DNA of 62,425 nt from Nitrososphaera sp. (GTDB lineage Archaea > Thermoproteota > Nitrososphaeria > Nitrososphaerales > Nitrososphaeraceae), in assembly GCA_035253045.1 (NCBI GenBank), contig DATFCN010000179.1:1-62425 (forward strand), in the 5' to 3' direction. Position numbers and translations under genes: made by a program. Of this stretch, positions 8,635-18,804 are shown piece after piece (position 1 is the first letter of the stretch; the number at the start of each line of letters is the position of its first letter). The notes beneath the pieces were generated by a model, which was given only the letters and a program-made list of their open reading frames with translations, made no database searches and was not told the DNA's origin.

Positions 8635-10117
8635 CTTCCATCAGAAGTTTGACAAGTGTTCTTACTCCAAAGCCGGTAGCCCCCCTAGGATTGTAACTTT
8701 TCTCATGTGTTCCTTCTTGGATCCATGCGGTGCCAGCAATGTCAATATGGACCCAAGGGACATCGTTGACGAAATTAGACAGGAATGCTGCTGCTGTGAT
8801 CGCTCCACCAGGTCTGCCCCCAATATTCTTGATATCCGCATAGGTGCTCTTGATCTGATCGTGATATTCATCGTACAGCGGAAGCTCCCACATCTTTTCT
8901 CCGGTCTTATCAGATAGCTTGCGCAGCCTATCTATCAACTGTTTGTTGCTACCTATCAATGCGGCTACATTTGCTCCAAGTGCAATTATAGCGGCACCAG
9001 TAAGCGTAGCTAAATCAATTACAGCCTTTGGAGTGTATGTAGCGATTCCATATGACAAGGCGTCTGCAAGTATCATCCGACCCTCGGCATCCGTGTTAAG
9101 TACTTCAACTGACTTGCCATTGTACATTCTGATGATATCTCCAGGTCTGTACGAAGTAGCAGATGGCATATTTTCAACAGACGGGACAATGCCTACAACG
9201 TTGACTCCCAGCTTCATAGAAGCGATTGCACGCATAACGGCTAGAACCGTGCAGCCACCACATTTATCGAATTTCATTTCATCCATTTTTTCGCTCGGTT
9301 TTATAGAAATGCCACCAGTGTCAAAAGTCACCGCCTTACCTACCAGCAGATATGGCTTTTGCTGAGGGTCGGCCGTGCCAGTATACTCTAGGACAATAAG
9401 TTTTGGAGGGTTATTGCTCCCCTTGCCCACTGCGACAATACCACCCATCCCCATATTTTCAAGCTCATAGCGATCCATTACTCGTACCTTCATACCGTAG
9501 TCTTGCGCTAATGAAATCGCGATACTTGCCAGATGGGCCGGTGGACAGTCGTTTGGCGGCAGGTTGCCAATATCACGTGCAAAGTTTACCGCTTCGACTA
9601 CGAGGTTCGCTTTCTCAACAACAGATTGAAATCTTGGAGAATCAGAATTGATCAATATTGTGACTTCTTCAATTTTCGAAGACGGCTCTTTGGACTCCTT
9701 GTACTTATCAAAGGAGTATAATGCAAGTGCAATTCCCTCTATCATGACTTCTATAAGCCCTTCATCAAGGTTTGAGAACTGTAGTATTGAAAATTCCTTT
9801 ATTCCAAGGTCACGAGCCTTCCGGGTCGCCTTGCCTGCACAGATCCGTGCACTTTCGTCCGTGAATTTTTCGCGCTTGCCCAGACCAAGCAGCATTATCT
9901 TTTTAATGGGCCCCTTGCCCAAAGTATAAATTAGTATCGAGGAGCCAAATGTCCCACGAAATTCTTTGTTCTCCAGTGTTTCCCTGACCGAAGAAGAAAT
10001 TGCAGAGTCTAGATCTTTTGAATGTGGAAAATCCGGGTCGCCTTCGAATACACCTATCACCAAAAGCGGAGTCTGCTTTTGATCTATCTTAGACCTCTCG
10101 ACTTTGACCTGTACCAC
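8612..10117 (-). CDS. pepA: Leucyl aminopeptidase (M17)
   Basis: GKAVTFDTGGISIK, MKFDKCG, NTDAEGR, IDLATLTGA, WVHIDIAG. Confidence 0.96.
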   Translation of the reverse strand: MVQVKVERSKIDQKQTPLLVIGVFEGDPDFPHSKDLDSAISSSVRETLENKEFRGTFGSSILIYTLGKGPIKKIMLLGLGKREKFTDESARICAGKATRKARDLGIKEFSILQFSNLDEGLIEVMIEGIALALYSFDKYKESKEPSSKIEEVTILINSDSPRFQSVVEKANLVVEAVNFARDIGNLPPNDCPPAHLASIAISLAQDYGMKVRVMDRYELENMGMGGIVAVGKGSNNPPKLIVLEYTGTADPQQKPYLLVGKAVTFDTGGISIKPSEKMDEMKFDKCGGCTVLAVMRAIASMKLGVNVVGIVPSVENMPSATSYRPGDIIRMYNGKSVEVLNTDAEGRMILADALSYGIATYTPKAVIDLATLTGAAIIALGANVAALIGSNKQLIDRLRKLSDKTGEKMWELPLYDEYHDQIKSTYADIKNIGGRPGGAITAAAFLSNFVNDVPWVHIDIAGTAWIQEGTHEKSYNPRGATGFGVRTLVKLLMEDEKQLRS

Positions 10118-10411
10118 GACATATTAGGTCCACTATTGACTTTATTTTAAGTTTAAAACCGCACAAGTAAGATCAAGATAATGAGATGAAATCCCCTTGG
10201 GACACATGAGCCTTCTGTGCTCGCCAAACTAACTTACATATTCGGGAGGACTAAGCGGTATAAGGGATTGTTATCTTAGGGCATATATGCATGCCATATT
10301 CTCTACGGCTACCCACTCTTCTAAGCAAATAACCTTGTGCTCGGTGGCATAGATATAACGATATAGTCATTGCGCTCATCATGCATTCTACATTGCGAAG
10401 AGAATGACAAC

Positions 10412-10846
10412 CTATGTGTTAAATCTAAATGTCGTTCCCTTGCTAAGGGTGCATCTTATCCTCTTTAATATACCCGTAGGTGTATAGCACGACAGATTGT
10501 TGTTGATATTGCTAAATTCGCATGAGACGCTTATATCGCTAATATCGCTAACCTTCCCTCTTGTTCGAAAAAGACCTATGAAAATTTCCTTTATCATTGG
10601 CAGCAGGCCCGATCGGGCACCATGAGCGCCGCTCCTATTGACAAGCCAGAACATTTTAGTTGCATCATAGTCAGCAGGAAAGATCATTTCCTTAGCTTCC
10701 TTGGCTACCTGCGAATAGTAGTGACCAGCTGTCCTTATCCAGCCACGAGAAAGGATGCTAGCCATTTCGGCGAACTTGGCGCAGGAATAGCACTTGTCGT
10801 CATAAATAAGAAGGGGACGTTTGAAAGATGACGATAGCGACGGCAA
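10412..10846 (-). CDS. DCC1/DUF393-like thiol-disulfide oxidoreductase
   Basis: N-terminal LIYDDKCYSC (DxxCxxC). Confidence 0.7.
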   Translation of the reverse strand: MPSLSSSFKRPLLIYDDKCYSCAKFAEMASILSRGWIRTAGHYYSQVAKEAKEMIFPADYDATKMFWLVNRSGAHGARSGLLPMIKEIFIGLFRTRGKVSDISDISVSCEFSNINNNLSCYTPTGILKRIRCTLSKGTTFRFNT

Positions 10847-10957
10847 GAGGTATATAAAAAATTGAGTTGTCTAACTTTTAAATCTTAAGTTGTACATAAT
10901 TAGCAAGCTATATCTTTTTATTTTCCTGCAAGGAGCTTTTTCTCATATTGCTGCCGT

Positions 10958-12616
10958 TTGCATGGAGGAGACATTATGGGCCTTAACATGCGTTATCTTG
11001 ATCTCAAAAGGAAAATCAGGGATGCTCGCATGTGGGCAATTCAAGGCATCACGGAGGCAGGTTCAGGACACCCCGGTGCCTCTTTCTCTGCTGCTGAAAT
11101 AATGGGTACTCTATACTTCAGAAGGATGAGACATGACCCATCGAATCCAAACTGGAGTGAGCGCGATTATTTCATTAATTCAAAGGCGCATTCGGCGCCT
11201 GGCTTTTATTCGGCTCTTGCGGTTGCAGGCTACTTTCAGCCAGAAGAGCTCAGGACACTGCGTCAACTTGGTTCTCGCCTTCAGGGTCACCCAGTAAGGT
11301 ACTCAGAGCATCAAAAGCACCATAGCGTTCCAGGTATAGAATACTCAGGAGGCTCAGAAGGGATTGGACTTTCAGTAGGCATAGGTATTGCACTCGCAAA
11401 AAAGCTAGAGGGTAAGAAGAACAGAGTATTTGTGTTGATTGGTGATGGCGAGTCAAATGAGGGTCAGATATGGGAGGCTTCTATGGCAGCTGGCAAATTC
11501 AAGCTTGACAATTTAGTCACCATTTTGGATCGCAACCGCATACAACAGGACGGCTTTACTGAAGATATTATGCCACTTGATCCTATAAAGGACAAGTGGA
11601 CTGCATTTAACTGGGAAGTCTTTGAAGTAGACGGTCACAGAGTCGAACAGATCCTAGATGCGCTTAACAGGGCTACACAGGTGCATAACAAGCCCGTCAT
11701 GATAATTGCCAATACGGTCAAAGGAAATGGCATACGTCATATGGCAAACAACCCCCAGTGGCATGGAAAAGCACCGCCCAAGAGGCAAACGGAAGTATTG
11801 CTGGAAGAGCTAGAGAGTGAATGTCTGATTGCACCTTCGATAATAGCAGGTGAGCGTGAGAACTACGAAGATAAAATAAGGAAGGTCGAGCGCGAAGGAG
11901 TCGATATGATTCATTTAGATGTGATGGACGGCCGATTTGTTCCAAATACTACATTCTTTGCCGATACTATCAAAAAGCTAAGGCGACTAACCAGTCTACC
12001 GTTTGACACCCACTTGATGATAGAAAACCCACTTGGGAGTATACAAGAGTATATCGATGCAAGATGCGATATCATTACAGTACATGCAGAGGCATGCACA
12101 GAAAATGAGTTTAGAGAAATTCAGAAAAGGCTTATAGATAATGGAATCAGTCCCGGCATTGCAATTAATCCAGGCACCGATGTGCCAAAGTGGCTCTACG
12201 ACTGCTTACATAACCTTGATGTTGTCATTGTTATGTCGGTTAACCCCGGAGCTGCTGGCCAAAAATTCATGCCACAAGTGTTGGACAAGATGGTGGTGCT
12301 TAACAAGCAGCTGAGACAGCATGGTTTTAGAGGATATATTGAAGCTGATGGAGGCATCGATGCGACCACATTGCAACAGACATATGATGCTGGTGCTAGG
12401 ATATTTGTTGCTGGTGCTGCTGTATATGGCGGAGGAGATATTCACGGTGCGGTAATTCATCTAAGACACAAGGCGGCAGTGGCACTTGAGAGAAGACTTC
12501 TTAACCACGCGACTCAGATTAACACAAGGGGGGACTGGATGAAGGCCCGTAAACATATATTGATTCCGTATGCAAATGAGCTTAGGATAGAGGAAGAGCT
12601 ACATGCTATTAGGTAG
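10958..12616 (+). CDS. rpe: Transketolase N-terminal subunit fused to ribulose-phosphate 3-epimerase
   Basis: TK motifs SGHPG, LQGHP, GDGESNEGQIWEA; Rpe motifs IAPSII, HLDVMDGRFVPN, DTHLMI, MSVNPG, EADGGI. Confidence 0.92.
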   Translation: MHGGDIMGLNMRYLDLKRKIRDARMWAIQGITEAGSGHPGASFSAAEIMGTLYFRRMRHDPSNPNWSERDYFINSKAHSAPGFYSALAVAGYFQPEELRTLRQLGSRLQGHPVRYSEHQKHHSVPGIEYSGGSEGIGLSVGIGIALAKKLEGKKNRVFVLIGDGESNEGQIWEASMAAGKFKLDNLVTILDRNRIQQDGFTEDIMPLDPIKDKWTAFNWEVFEVDGHRVEQILDALNRATQVHNKPVMIIANTVKGNGIRHMANNPQWHGKAPPKRQTEVLLEELESECLIAPSIIAGERENYEDKIRKVEREGVDMIHLDVMDGRFVPNTTFFADTIKKLRRLTSLPFDTHLMIENPLGSIQEYIDARCDIITVHAEACTENEFREIQKRLIDNGISPGIAINPGTDVPKWLYDCLHNLDVVIVMSVNPGAAGQKFMPQVLDKMVVLNKQLRQHGFRGYIEADGGIDATTLQQTYDAGARIFVAGAAVYGGGDIHGAVIHLRHKAAVALERRLLNHATQINTRGDWMKARKHILIPYANELRIEEELHAIR

Positions 12617-13574
12617 CGAGAAAAGAACCGCAGACATGAGAGGAGCCTATGGTGATACTCTTGTTGAGCTTGGAAGAGATGACCCGCGCGTCGTGTGCGT
12701 TGGAGGTGACACAACTGAGTCTCTTAAGACGAAAAAGTTTGGAGATAAGTATCCCGAGAGAATGTTCAACGTCGGCATCGCAGAGGCCAACATTGTCTCC
12801 GTGGCGGCGGGTCTGGCAATAGCCGGCAAGGTTGCATTTGCCAGCACTTATGCCGCATTCATCCCCGGCAGGTGTGTCGACCAGATCCGTAACACCATCT
12901 GCTATCCTTACCTCAATGTCAAGTTGGTTGTTTCTCATGCAGGGCTTACGGTCGGACCAGATGGAGCATCTCATCAGCAGATAGAAGACATTGCGGAGAT
13001 GAGAGCAATTCCTAATATGAGAGTGCTCGTACCAGCTGACGCAGTCGCTGTTAAATATCTCACCAGAATGGTAGCGTCTACCGGTGGTCCCTTTTATATG
13101 CGCCTTGCTAGACCCTCGTCTGATATAATTTATGCAGACCAATCAACTGCATTTGAGCTTGGCAGAGGAAACATTCTTGAAGATGGCTCTGACGCCACAA
13201 TAATTGGATGCGGTCTTATGGTAAGTAGAGCACTCGAAGCAGCAAGAGAGCTTAAGAGGAAAGGCATATCCTGCAAGGTAGTTGACATGTTTTCAATAAA
13301 ACCTATTGATAATGACTTAATAGCTAGATGCGCCAAGGAGACTGGTGCCATAGCTACTGCTGAGGAGCACAGCGTCATTGGCGGCCTTGGAGGCGCAGTG
13401 TCTGAAGTTATTGCTGAGACCTATCCTGTACCCATCAGGCGCGTTGGGGTCCATGACATATTTGGAGAGTCTGCACGTGATGAGGAAATCGATATGCTCT
13501 TGGAGCACTACGGTCTAACAGCGACTGAAATAATAAAGGCAGTGATTGAAGCAAGAGGCAGGAGTAGAAAATAA
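12603..13574 (+). CDS. tkt: Transketolase C-terminal subunit
   Basis: NVGIAEAN, GPDGASHQ, EEHSVIGGLG. Confidence 0.93.
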   Translation: MLLGSEKRTADMRGAYGDTLVELGRDDPRVVCVGGDTTESLKTKKFGDKYPERMFNVGIAEANIVSVAAGLAIAGKVAFASTYAAFIPGRCVDQIRNTICYPYLNVKLVVSHAGLTVGPDGASHQQIEDIAEMRAIPNMRVLVPADAVAVKYLTRMVASTGGPFYMRLARPSSDIIYADQSTAFELGRGNILEDGSDATIIGCGLMVSRALEAARELKRKGISCKVVDMFSIKPIDNDLIARCAKETGAIATAEEHSVIGGLGGAVSEVIAETYPVPIRRVGVHDIFGESARDEEIDMLLEHYGLTATEIIKAVIEARGRSRK

Positions 13575-14239
13575 TGAAGATCTTTCTCGATACTGCAAAT
13601 ATTCAATCAATCAAAAAGTACAGCGACATGGGCTTGATAGATGGCATCACTACAAACCCTACACTGCTTTCAAAGGAGAAGGGTAACCCTGCAGAGATCA
13701 TGCGGGAAATAGTTGAAATAGTGAAAGGACCAGTGAGCCTTGAAGTCATCGGAACTACGATGGATGAAATGATGAATGAAGCCCATAAGCTCAAAAAATA
13801 CGGACAGAATGTCGTTGTCAAGATTCCTATGATCCCAGATGGATTGAAGGTTGTCAAGAAATTAAAAGAGCAGGGAATTCAAACAAATGTCACACTCATA
13901 TTTTCAGCAAACCAAGCGATCCTTGCTGCCAAAGCTGGTGCTGCCTATGTCAGTCCATTTATTGGTAGACTAGATGATGCGGGGCATGAGGGCATGACAA
14001 TCATAAGTGAAATTATGCAGATATTCAAGAATTACCAGTTTAAAACTGAGGTGCTTGTTGCAAGCATTCGCCATCCATTGCATGTCATCGAAGCTGGCAA
14101 GATTGGAGCGCATGTTGTGACGCTTCCACCCGACATACTTGGCAAAATGATTTCCCATTCATTGACAGATAAGGGACTTTCCACTTTCTTGAGTGACTGG
14201 GAAAAGGTCAAGAAGGAGAATCCCGATATAGTCATCTAG
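13574..14239 (+). CDS. tal: Transaldolase (TalC/FSA family)
   Basis: FLDTAN, GITTNPTL, VVKIP, YVSPFIGRLDD; TAATG overlap with tkt. Confidence 0.93.
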   Translation: MKIFLDTANIQSIKKYSDMGLIDGITTNPTLLSKEKGNPAEIMREIVEIVKGPVSLEVIGTTMDEMMNEAHKLKKYGQNVVVKIPMIPDGLKVVKKLKEQGIQTNVTLIFSANQAILAAKAGAAYVSPFIGRLDDAGHEGMTIISEIMQIFKNYQFKTEVLVASIRHPLHVIEAGKIGAHVVTLPPDILGKMISHSLTDKGLSTFLSDWEKVKKENPDIVI

Positions 14240-15819
14240 TTGTTGCGCAGCAACTTGATTACTTTTTTTGGAATATCTTGTAATCGACTGACAGAAATTG
14301 CCTTCTCGTAGTCAAGGTACTTTAAATTGTGCCCTATATCTACAGAGTCATTGAGGTTGCGACCAACTCCTATTGCCATCATATGAATAGCCATTTTCCG
14401 GTATGAGAGCACCATCTGTCTTACTGCGTCAAAGTCTGATGGTTCGCCATCTGTCAAGGTGACAAAGATGTCAGGCTTAAATGATTTGAGCGCGGGCAAG
14501 AGTAGACCATAAACTTCTGCCAGAGGTGTGCCACCACTTGCTTTTATCTGTACAAGACGCCTAGCACTCACCACCGACCATTTGATGTTAGGCGGCTTGA
14601 TGACCCAGCATTTTACTTGCTGCTTATCTGTGCTAAATGCATAAACAGCAAACTTTATTCCGAGGTAGTGAAGTGCTTCACAAAGTGCGATTGTCGCTTG
14701 CTTGTATTCTAACTCTACATCAGCTACACTGCTAGAATGGTCAAGCAATAATACAACCTTGGTCTTGATTGAGAGCTTGAAGTCAGCGAGGAAGGTCTTC
14801 GGCAACGCCTCGACGTAGCTTTCTACATCAAACTCGTCGCCTGATTCATCGTGTTGCTCAATCCATCCTGTTTTCCAATCTCTAAATGCCGCTTTGACTT
14901 TCTGTATTAGGTCAATGTCGTATATCTGTGTCTCGTCAAGGTCCATCTTGTCTGGAACACTTAAACCAAAGTTCTCTAATGACTCATAGCCTTTGCTCTC
15001 TGTCTTCTTGCTCTCTGTGATGAGAGTTTCGAATTCTTGAAGCACATCGAGGCCTTCGTAGACGTCTTTAGTCTTCTTTTGTAGGTCATCTTCCTTGTGT
15101 CGCATCTGGACCACCTTTTCCACTTGCTTGAGCGTGTCGCTTGGGTTAAGTGACGCACCAACCCTTGTCCTTGGAGACAATATAGGGATCGAAACCAAAG
15201 AATCAAGCTCAAGTATCTTGATCAGCTTTGGAATATGTTGCTCAATCCAGACGGTATCGTAGTTATTGTCTATAGCTTCTTTTAAGATTTCATTTGCATA
15301 ATCAGTCGCCTTTTTCACCTTATCGAATTCGCTGCCGAATAACTCGCCTTTCAGGTAGCCAGTGAGAAAATACTGAGAAAATGCTTCTGCTATTTTGTAG
15401 CGGCCATATATCGAATTTAATAATTGGCGTGACATCCATGAAATGCCCTCGTTAAATATAAGCTCGTTGGCCATTCCTTCCCATTCTCGCAAGCCAAGGA
15501 TCTCGATTCTCTTTGTTTCAAGCGTGTTGAGCAAAAACCCAAAAGCGTGTTCATTGCTCAACACCTTAGCAGAGTGTTTCATTCTCAGTGATTCAAACCA
15601 GAGTGCTACACGCCACTGCCTATATTTTTGAAAGTCGGTGCCAGGATAGTAGTTGAGAAGAGAAAGAATGATCTGATTCTTGTCCAGCTTGGCAGTTGGA
15701 GGCGTGTCCGGCATAATAATAATCACCACCTTGTCGTTGCCAGACCATCTACGGGCAAGAAAAGTCGCAATGTCCAGTAAAACATCGTTCCGCATCACAG
15801 GGCTTGTAGTTTTGACCAT
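14236..15819 (-). CDS. VWA-domain protein (NorD/CbbO-like MoxR partner)
   Basis: C-terminal MIDAS motifs LLDHSSS, GGTPL, LTDGEP. Confidence 0.85.
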   Translation of the reverse strand: MVKTTSPVMRNDVLLDIATFLARRWSGNDKVVIIIMPDTPPTAKLDKNQIILSLLNYYPGTDFQKYRQWRVALWFESLRMKHSAKVLSNEHAFGFLLNTLETKRIEILGLREWEGMANELIFNEGISWMSRQLLNSIYGRYKIAEAFSQYFLTGYLKGELFGSEFDKVKKATDYANEILKEAIDNNYDTVWIEQHIPKLIKILELDSLVSIPILSPRTRVGASLNPSDTLKQVEKVVQMRHKEDDLQKKTKDVYEGLDVLQEFETLITESKKTESKGYESLENFGLSVPDKMDLDETQIYDIDLIQKVKAAFRDWKTGWIEQHDESGDEFDVESYVEALPKTFLADFKLSIKTKVVLLLDHSSSVADVELEYKQATIALCEALHYLGIKFAVYAFSTDKQQVKCWVIKPPNIKWSVVSARRLVQIKASGGTPLAEVYGLLLPALKSFKPDIFVTLTDGEPSDFDAVRQMVLSYRKMAIHMMAIGVGRNLNDSVDIGHNLKYLDYEKAISVSRLQDIPKKVIKLLRNN

Positions 15820-16674
15820 CTATCTGTCGCCAAAGATCGATGTTATCATATCCATCACTTTCTGATACTCGACTTGTCCCCACTGGTCATATACATTTGC
15901 ATATACAACTTCAGCAGTCTGCCTGCCAGGAAGTCCAGTGTTGAGCATTTTGGCGAATGCTATTGTCTCGCGTATGGAGGGGCTGTAATAGAGCTCTTCA
16001 ACTGCCGCTGCCTCGCGCAGGGTCTTAGCAAGCTGGATTGCGTGTTTCACATCTTTAACCTTTGAATCATCAATTGTCACATGGTGACTAACAATGTCAA
16101 GCTCGATATCTTCTGGCGGGTAATCAAGCCTCATCCTCACAGGGAACCTACTTAGGAGTTGCGGAGGTAACTCCTTTGTACCAACGTGCGATAATGGATT
16201 AATTGTGGCTATTACAAACCAGTCGTCTGCTGCTTTGACAATCTGCCCCTCTGCTTCTTTTAGTACAAGCTGTCGTCTGTCATCTAGCGCTTCGTCAAGT
16301 CTTAGCAGCACGTCTGCCTCTGCCGCATTTAGCTCATCAAGATATAACAGTGTGCCATTGCGCATAGACTTTACCAACACTCCTTCTACAAAGTTTATTT
16401 CACCCTTGTTTAGGGTCCTCGATCCCACCAGATGCGATTCTCTAGTGCGAAGTGAAAAGTTGACAGAATCAAGGTCCTTTTTCATTTCTGAAGCAAATCT
16501 CCTAACAAGAGTGGTCTTGCCAGTACCTTTTGGACCAATAATCAAAACAAAAAGGCCTGACCTGTATGCTTTTTCTAGAATATCAAAGGCATTATTCCAA
16601 TCAACGTAAATTATTTCTTCTTGACCAAGTTTGCTTGCTACTGGCGGTGGCGATTCCATTTGCTTTATAAGCAC
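15820..16674 (-). CDS. MoxR-family AAA+ ATPase (CbbQ/NirQ/NorQ type)
   Basis: GPKGTGKT, LYLDELN, ATINP, LLSRF, LDYP, SPSIRE. Confidence 0.9.
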   Translation of the reverse strand: MLIKQMESPPPVASKLGQEEIIYVDWNNAFDILEKAYRSGLFVLIIGPKGTGKTTLVRRFASEMKKDLDSVNFSLRTRESHLVGSRTLNKGEINFVEGVLVKSMRNGTLLYLDELNAAEADVLLRLDEALDDRRQLVLKEAEGQIVKAADDWFVIATINPLSHVGTKELPPQLLSRFPVRMRLDYPPEDIELDIVSHHVTIDDSKVKDVKHAIQLAKTLREAAAVEELYYSPSIRETIAFAKMLNTGLPGRQTAEVVYANVYDQWGQVEYQKVMDMITSIFGDR

Positions 16675-17841
16675 TGTAACATATTTGAGCGTTGATATCA
16701 GATTACAATACTATTATCATTTCCAGTTCTTCGTGTCACAATGAAATGGAACTAACAAATCTAGGTCGCATTTGCATCTTCTCCACTCAACTCAATTAAT
16801 TTTAAATTGAAGAACATTCTCCAATATTTCAAAAAACAAAGATTCTATGTTTTGCATAAAACTTACCAGTGACTCTGCTTTCAAAAGTATTCAAAAACAT
16901 ATGCAATAAAGTTTAGCTATGATCTGCAAAGAATAGAAACGCATTCTGCATTCAATACCCTGCAAAAAATCTTTTGTAATGTAATATTATACAATCACTT
17001 GCTTTTCGTAACAAACAAGCAATCAATTAATTGTCTTACATATTTATGATAATTAGATGAATCAATGAACTTCGCAAAACAAGCTGAATTGCGAGGACAA
17101 CAACTACCTATGAGGTAATCTGACGCAACGGTGTCATTATCAGGCCGCAAGTCACAATTCAGAGTGAGTTTTCCCGTTATGTAAATATGAGGAGAAGCCA
17201 ACTTTACTGGCTTCCGCACATCACATCAATCCATTATGCCAAGTGAACAATATCTCATTCGTTCTGTAGTACTCATAGGTACAACTTCATCTAATAACTG
17301 CCAACATTCTCGTATTTCTTTTTCAGAAATTTCAGACATTTTTTTTGCGGTCAATAATCTGTTGCCATTGTAAGACCCCAGCAGCTTCAAGATCCATTGT
17401 TTTTGCCATTGTTCCATCATAACATGGTGATCCACAAGTCCACTTTAAATAAAACTGCAAAAAATGTTGTCTACTTTATTAAATGCGACAACCTTCAGGG
17501 TCTTAGCAATAGGATCCAATATGGCAAGCAGTTCGAGAAAAAGAGATTTACATAAAAGCTGCTGCATAGGAAAGTGAATTGTCTTAATAATAAACTTACA
17601 ATTTCTGCTAAGGTAATATGTAAGCTTGAAACTCAGATAATAGTGCAATCAAGAAGTGCTAAAATCTGCACGTTGCCAGAATCAAAACACACAATCACTT
17701 TGGCATCGGAGATATGTATATGGTGCTAGGATACCAACCAGAACAACATAGTACTGTTTACCATTCATCTATGTCACTCCAATGTCTTTGATAGAGGATA
17801 CTGTCTTGTCTTTATCTTATAAGCTCCCTTAAAGTTTTGGG

Positions 17842-18252
17842 ATGGCGGAATCTTATAACAAGAAGGGCGCCTCCAATAGGAAATTGCTCCTCACTAGGCT
17901 ACAGAAAAATAAACGCGGCTTTCTATGGGTCACGTTAGGCTTCTTCCTCATTAGCCTGGTTGCGCACTGGGTGTTCGCATGGTTTACATATGTACAAGAA
18001 CAGCAAGCGCACAATCAGCTCGTTCAGATCGGCGACTATTTTAATATGACAGTTCGGGACATAATGGAAAACTGGCAGTCAGAGTTTCTGCAGCTGATGT
18101 GGCAGGTGGCAGGGCTATCGTTCCTATTGTATGTGGGCTCACCTCAGTCAAAGGAATCAAGTGAAAGAATAGAAGAAAAAATCGATTTTATAATGAAGAA
18201 ACTTCAGGAACGAAACGAGGACCAAAAGGGAAGGGAGCAAATAGTAAGATGA
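17842..18252 (+). CDS. DUF6766-like membrane protein
   Basis: ENWQSEFLQ and GSPQSKE signature, N-terminal TM. Confidence 0.75.
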   Translation: MAESYNKKGASNRKLLLTRLQKNKRGFLWVTLGFFLISLVAHWVFAWFTYVQEQQAHNQLVQIGDYFNMTVRDIMENWQSEFLQLMWQVAGLSFLLYVGSPQSKESSERIEEKIDFIMKKLQERNEDQKGREQIVR

Positions 18253-18671
18253 AATAAGAGAGGTGGCAGCCTGTAGTGATCTCCACTACACATTTCATTT
18301 GTTTTGCAGTTAAAAGAGAACAGACAGACAGGCCATAAAAGAAGCTTCAGACGGCTAGTAAAATTGTTACTAAGAGCTTCATAGTCTAACAAAAATATTC
18401 TCACAGAGTTGATAATAATGTCAATATGCACAAAGAGTATTAGACGATGGAAAGAGAAAAGGAATAGGAGACATCAACATAACTGCCAAGAACTCAATGG
18501 ATAGTGGTCTTTTTAGCTGTTAACGCATTATTCTTTTTACAGCGGGAATAGCATCGTATAAGGCGTGGCGACAATCTCTAATCGAATAAACAACCAGATT
18601 GCAGATTATGTAACAAACAGCGTTCCACCAACAAGACTTAATATCCTTGTCAATCCGCCTATTACTAAGGT

Positions 18672-18745
18672 GCGGTCATGGTCTAGTTTGGTCATGACAT
18701 GGGCTTCCCAAGCCTATAACCCGGGTTCAAATCCCGGTGACCGCA
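18672..18745 (+). tRNA. tRNA-Gly (anticodon CCC), intron-less, CCA not encoded
   Basis: Acceptor GCGGTCA/TGACCGC, anticodon arm TGGGC-TTCCCAA-GCCTA, T arm CCGGG-TTCAAAT-CCCGG; TATA-like CTTAATAT at 18637-18644. Confidence 0.96.
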
Positions 18746-18804
18746 TCTTTACGTCAGCTCACAGTTGCACAAAACAACAAACAATAATAGATGCTAGGAA
18801 AGTT

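Noticed and set aside
12609-13142. 177-aa - strand ORF, and the many similar 60-150 aa antisense or off-frame ORFs in the track
   Set aside because: Nested within confidently identified genes; composition typical of shadow frames
18672-18800. tRNA-Gly as an integration site
   Set aside because: No integrase and no duplicated tRNA 3' end seen; core genes follow immediately
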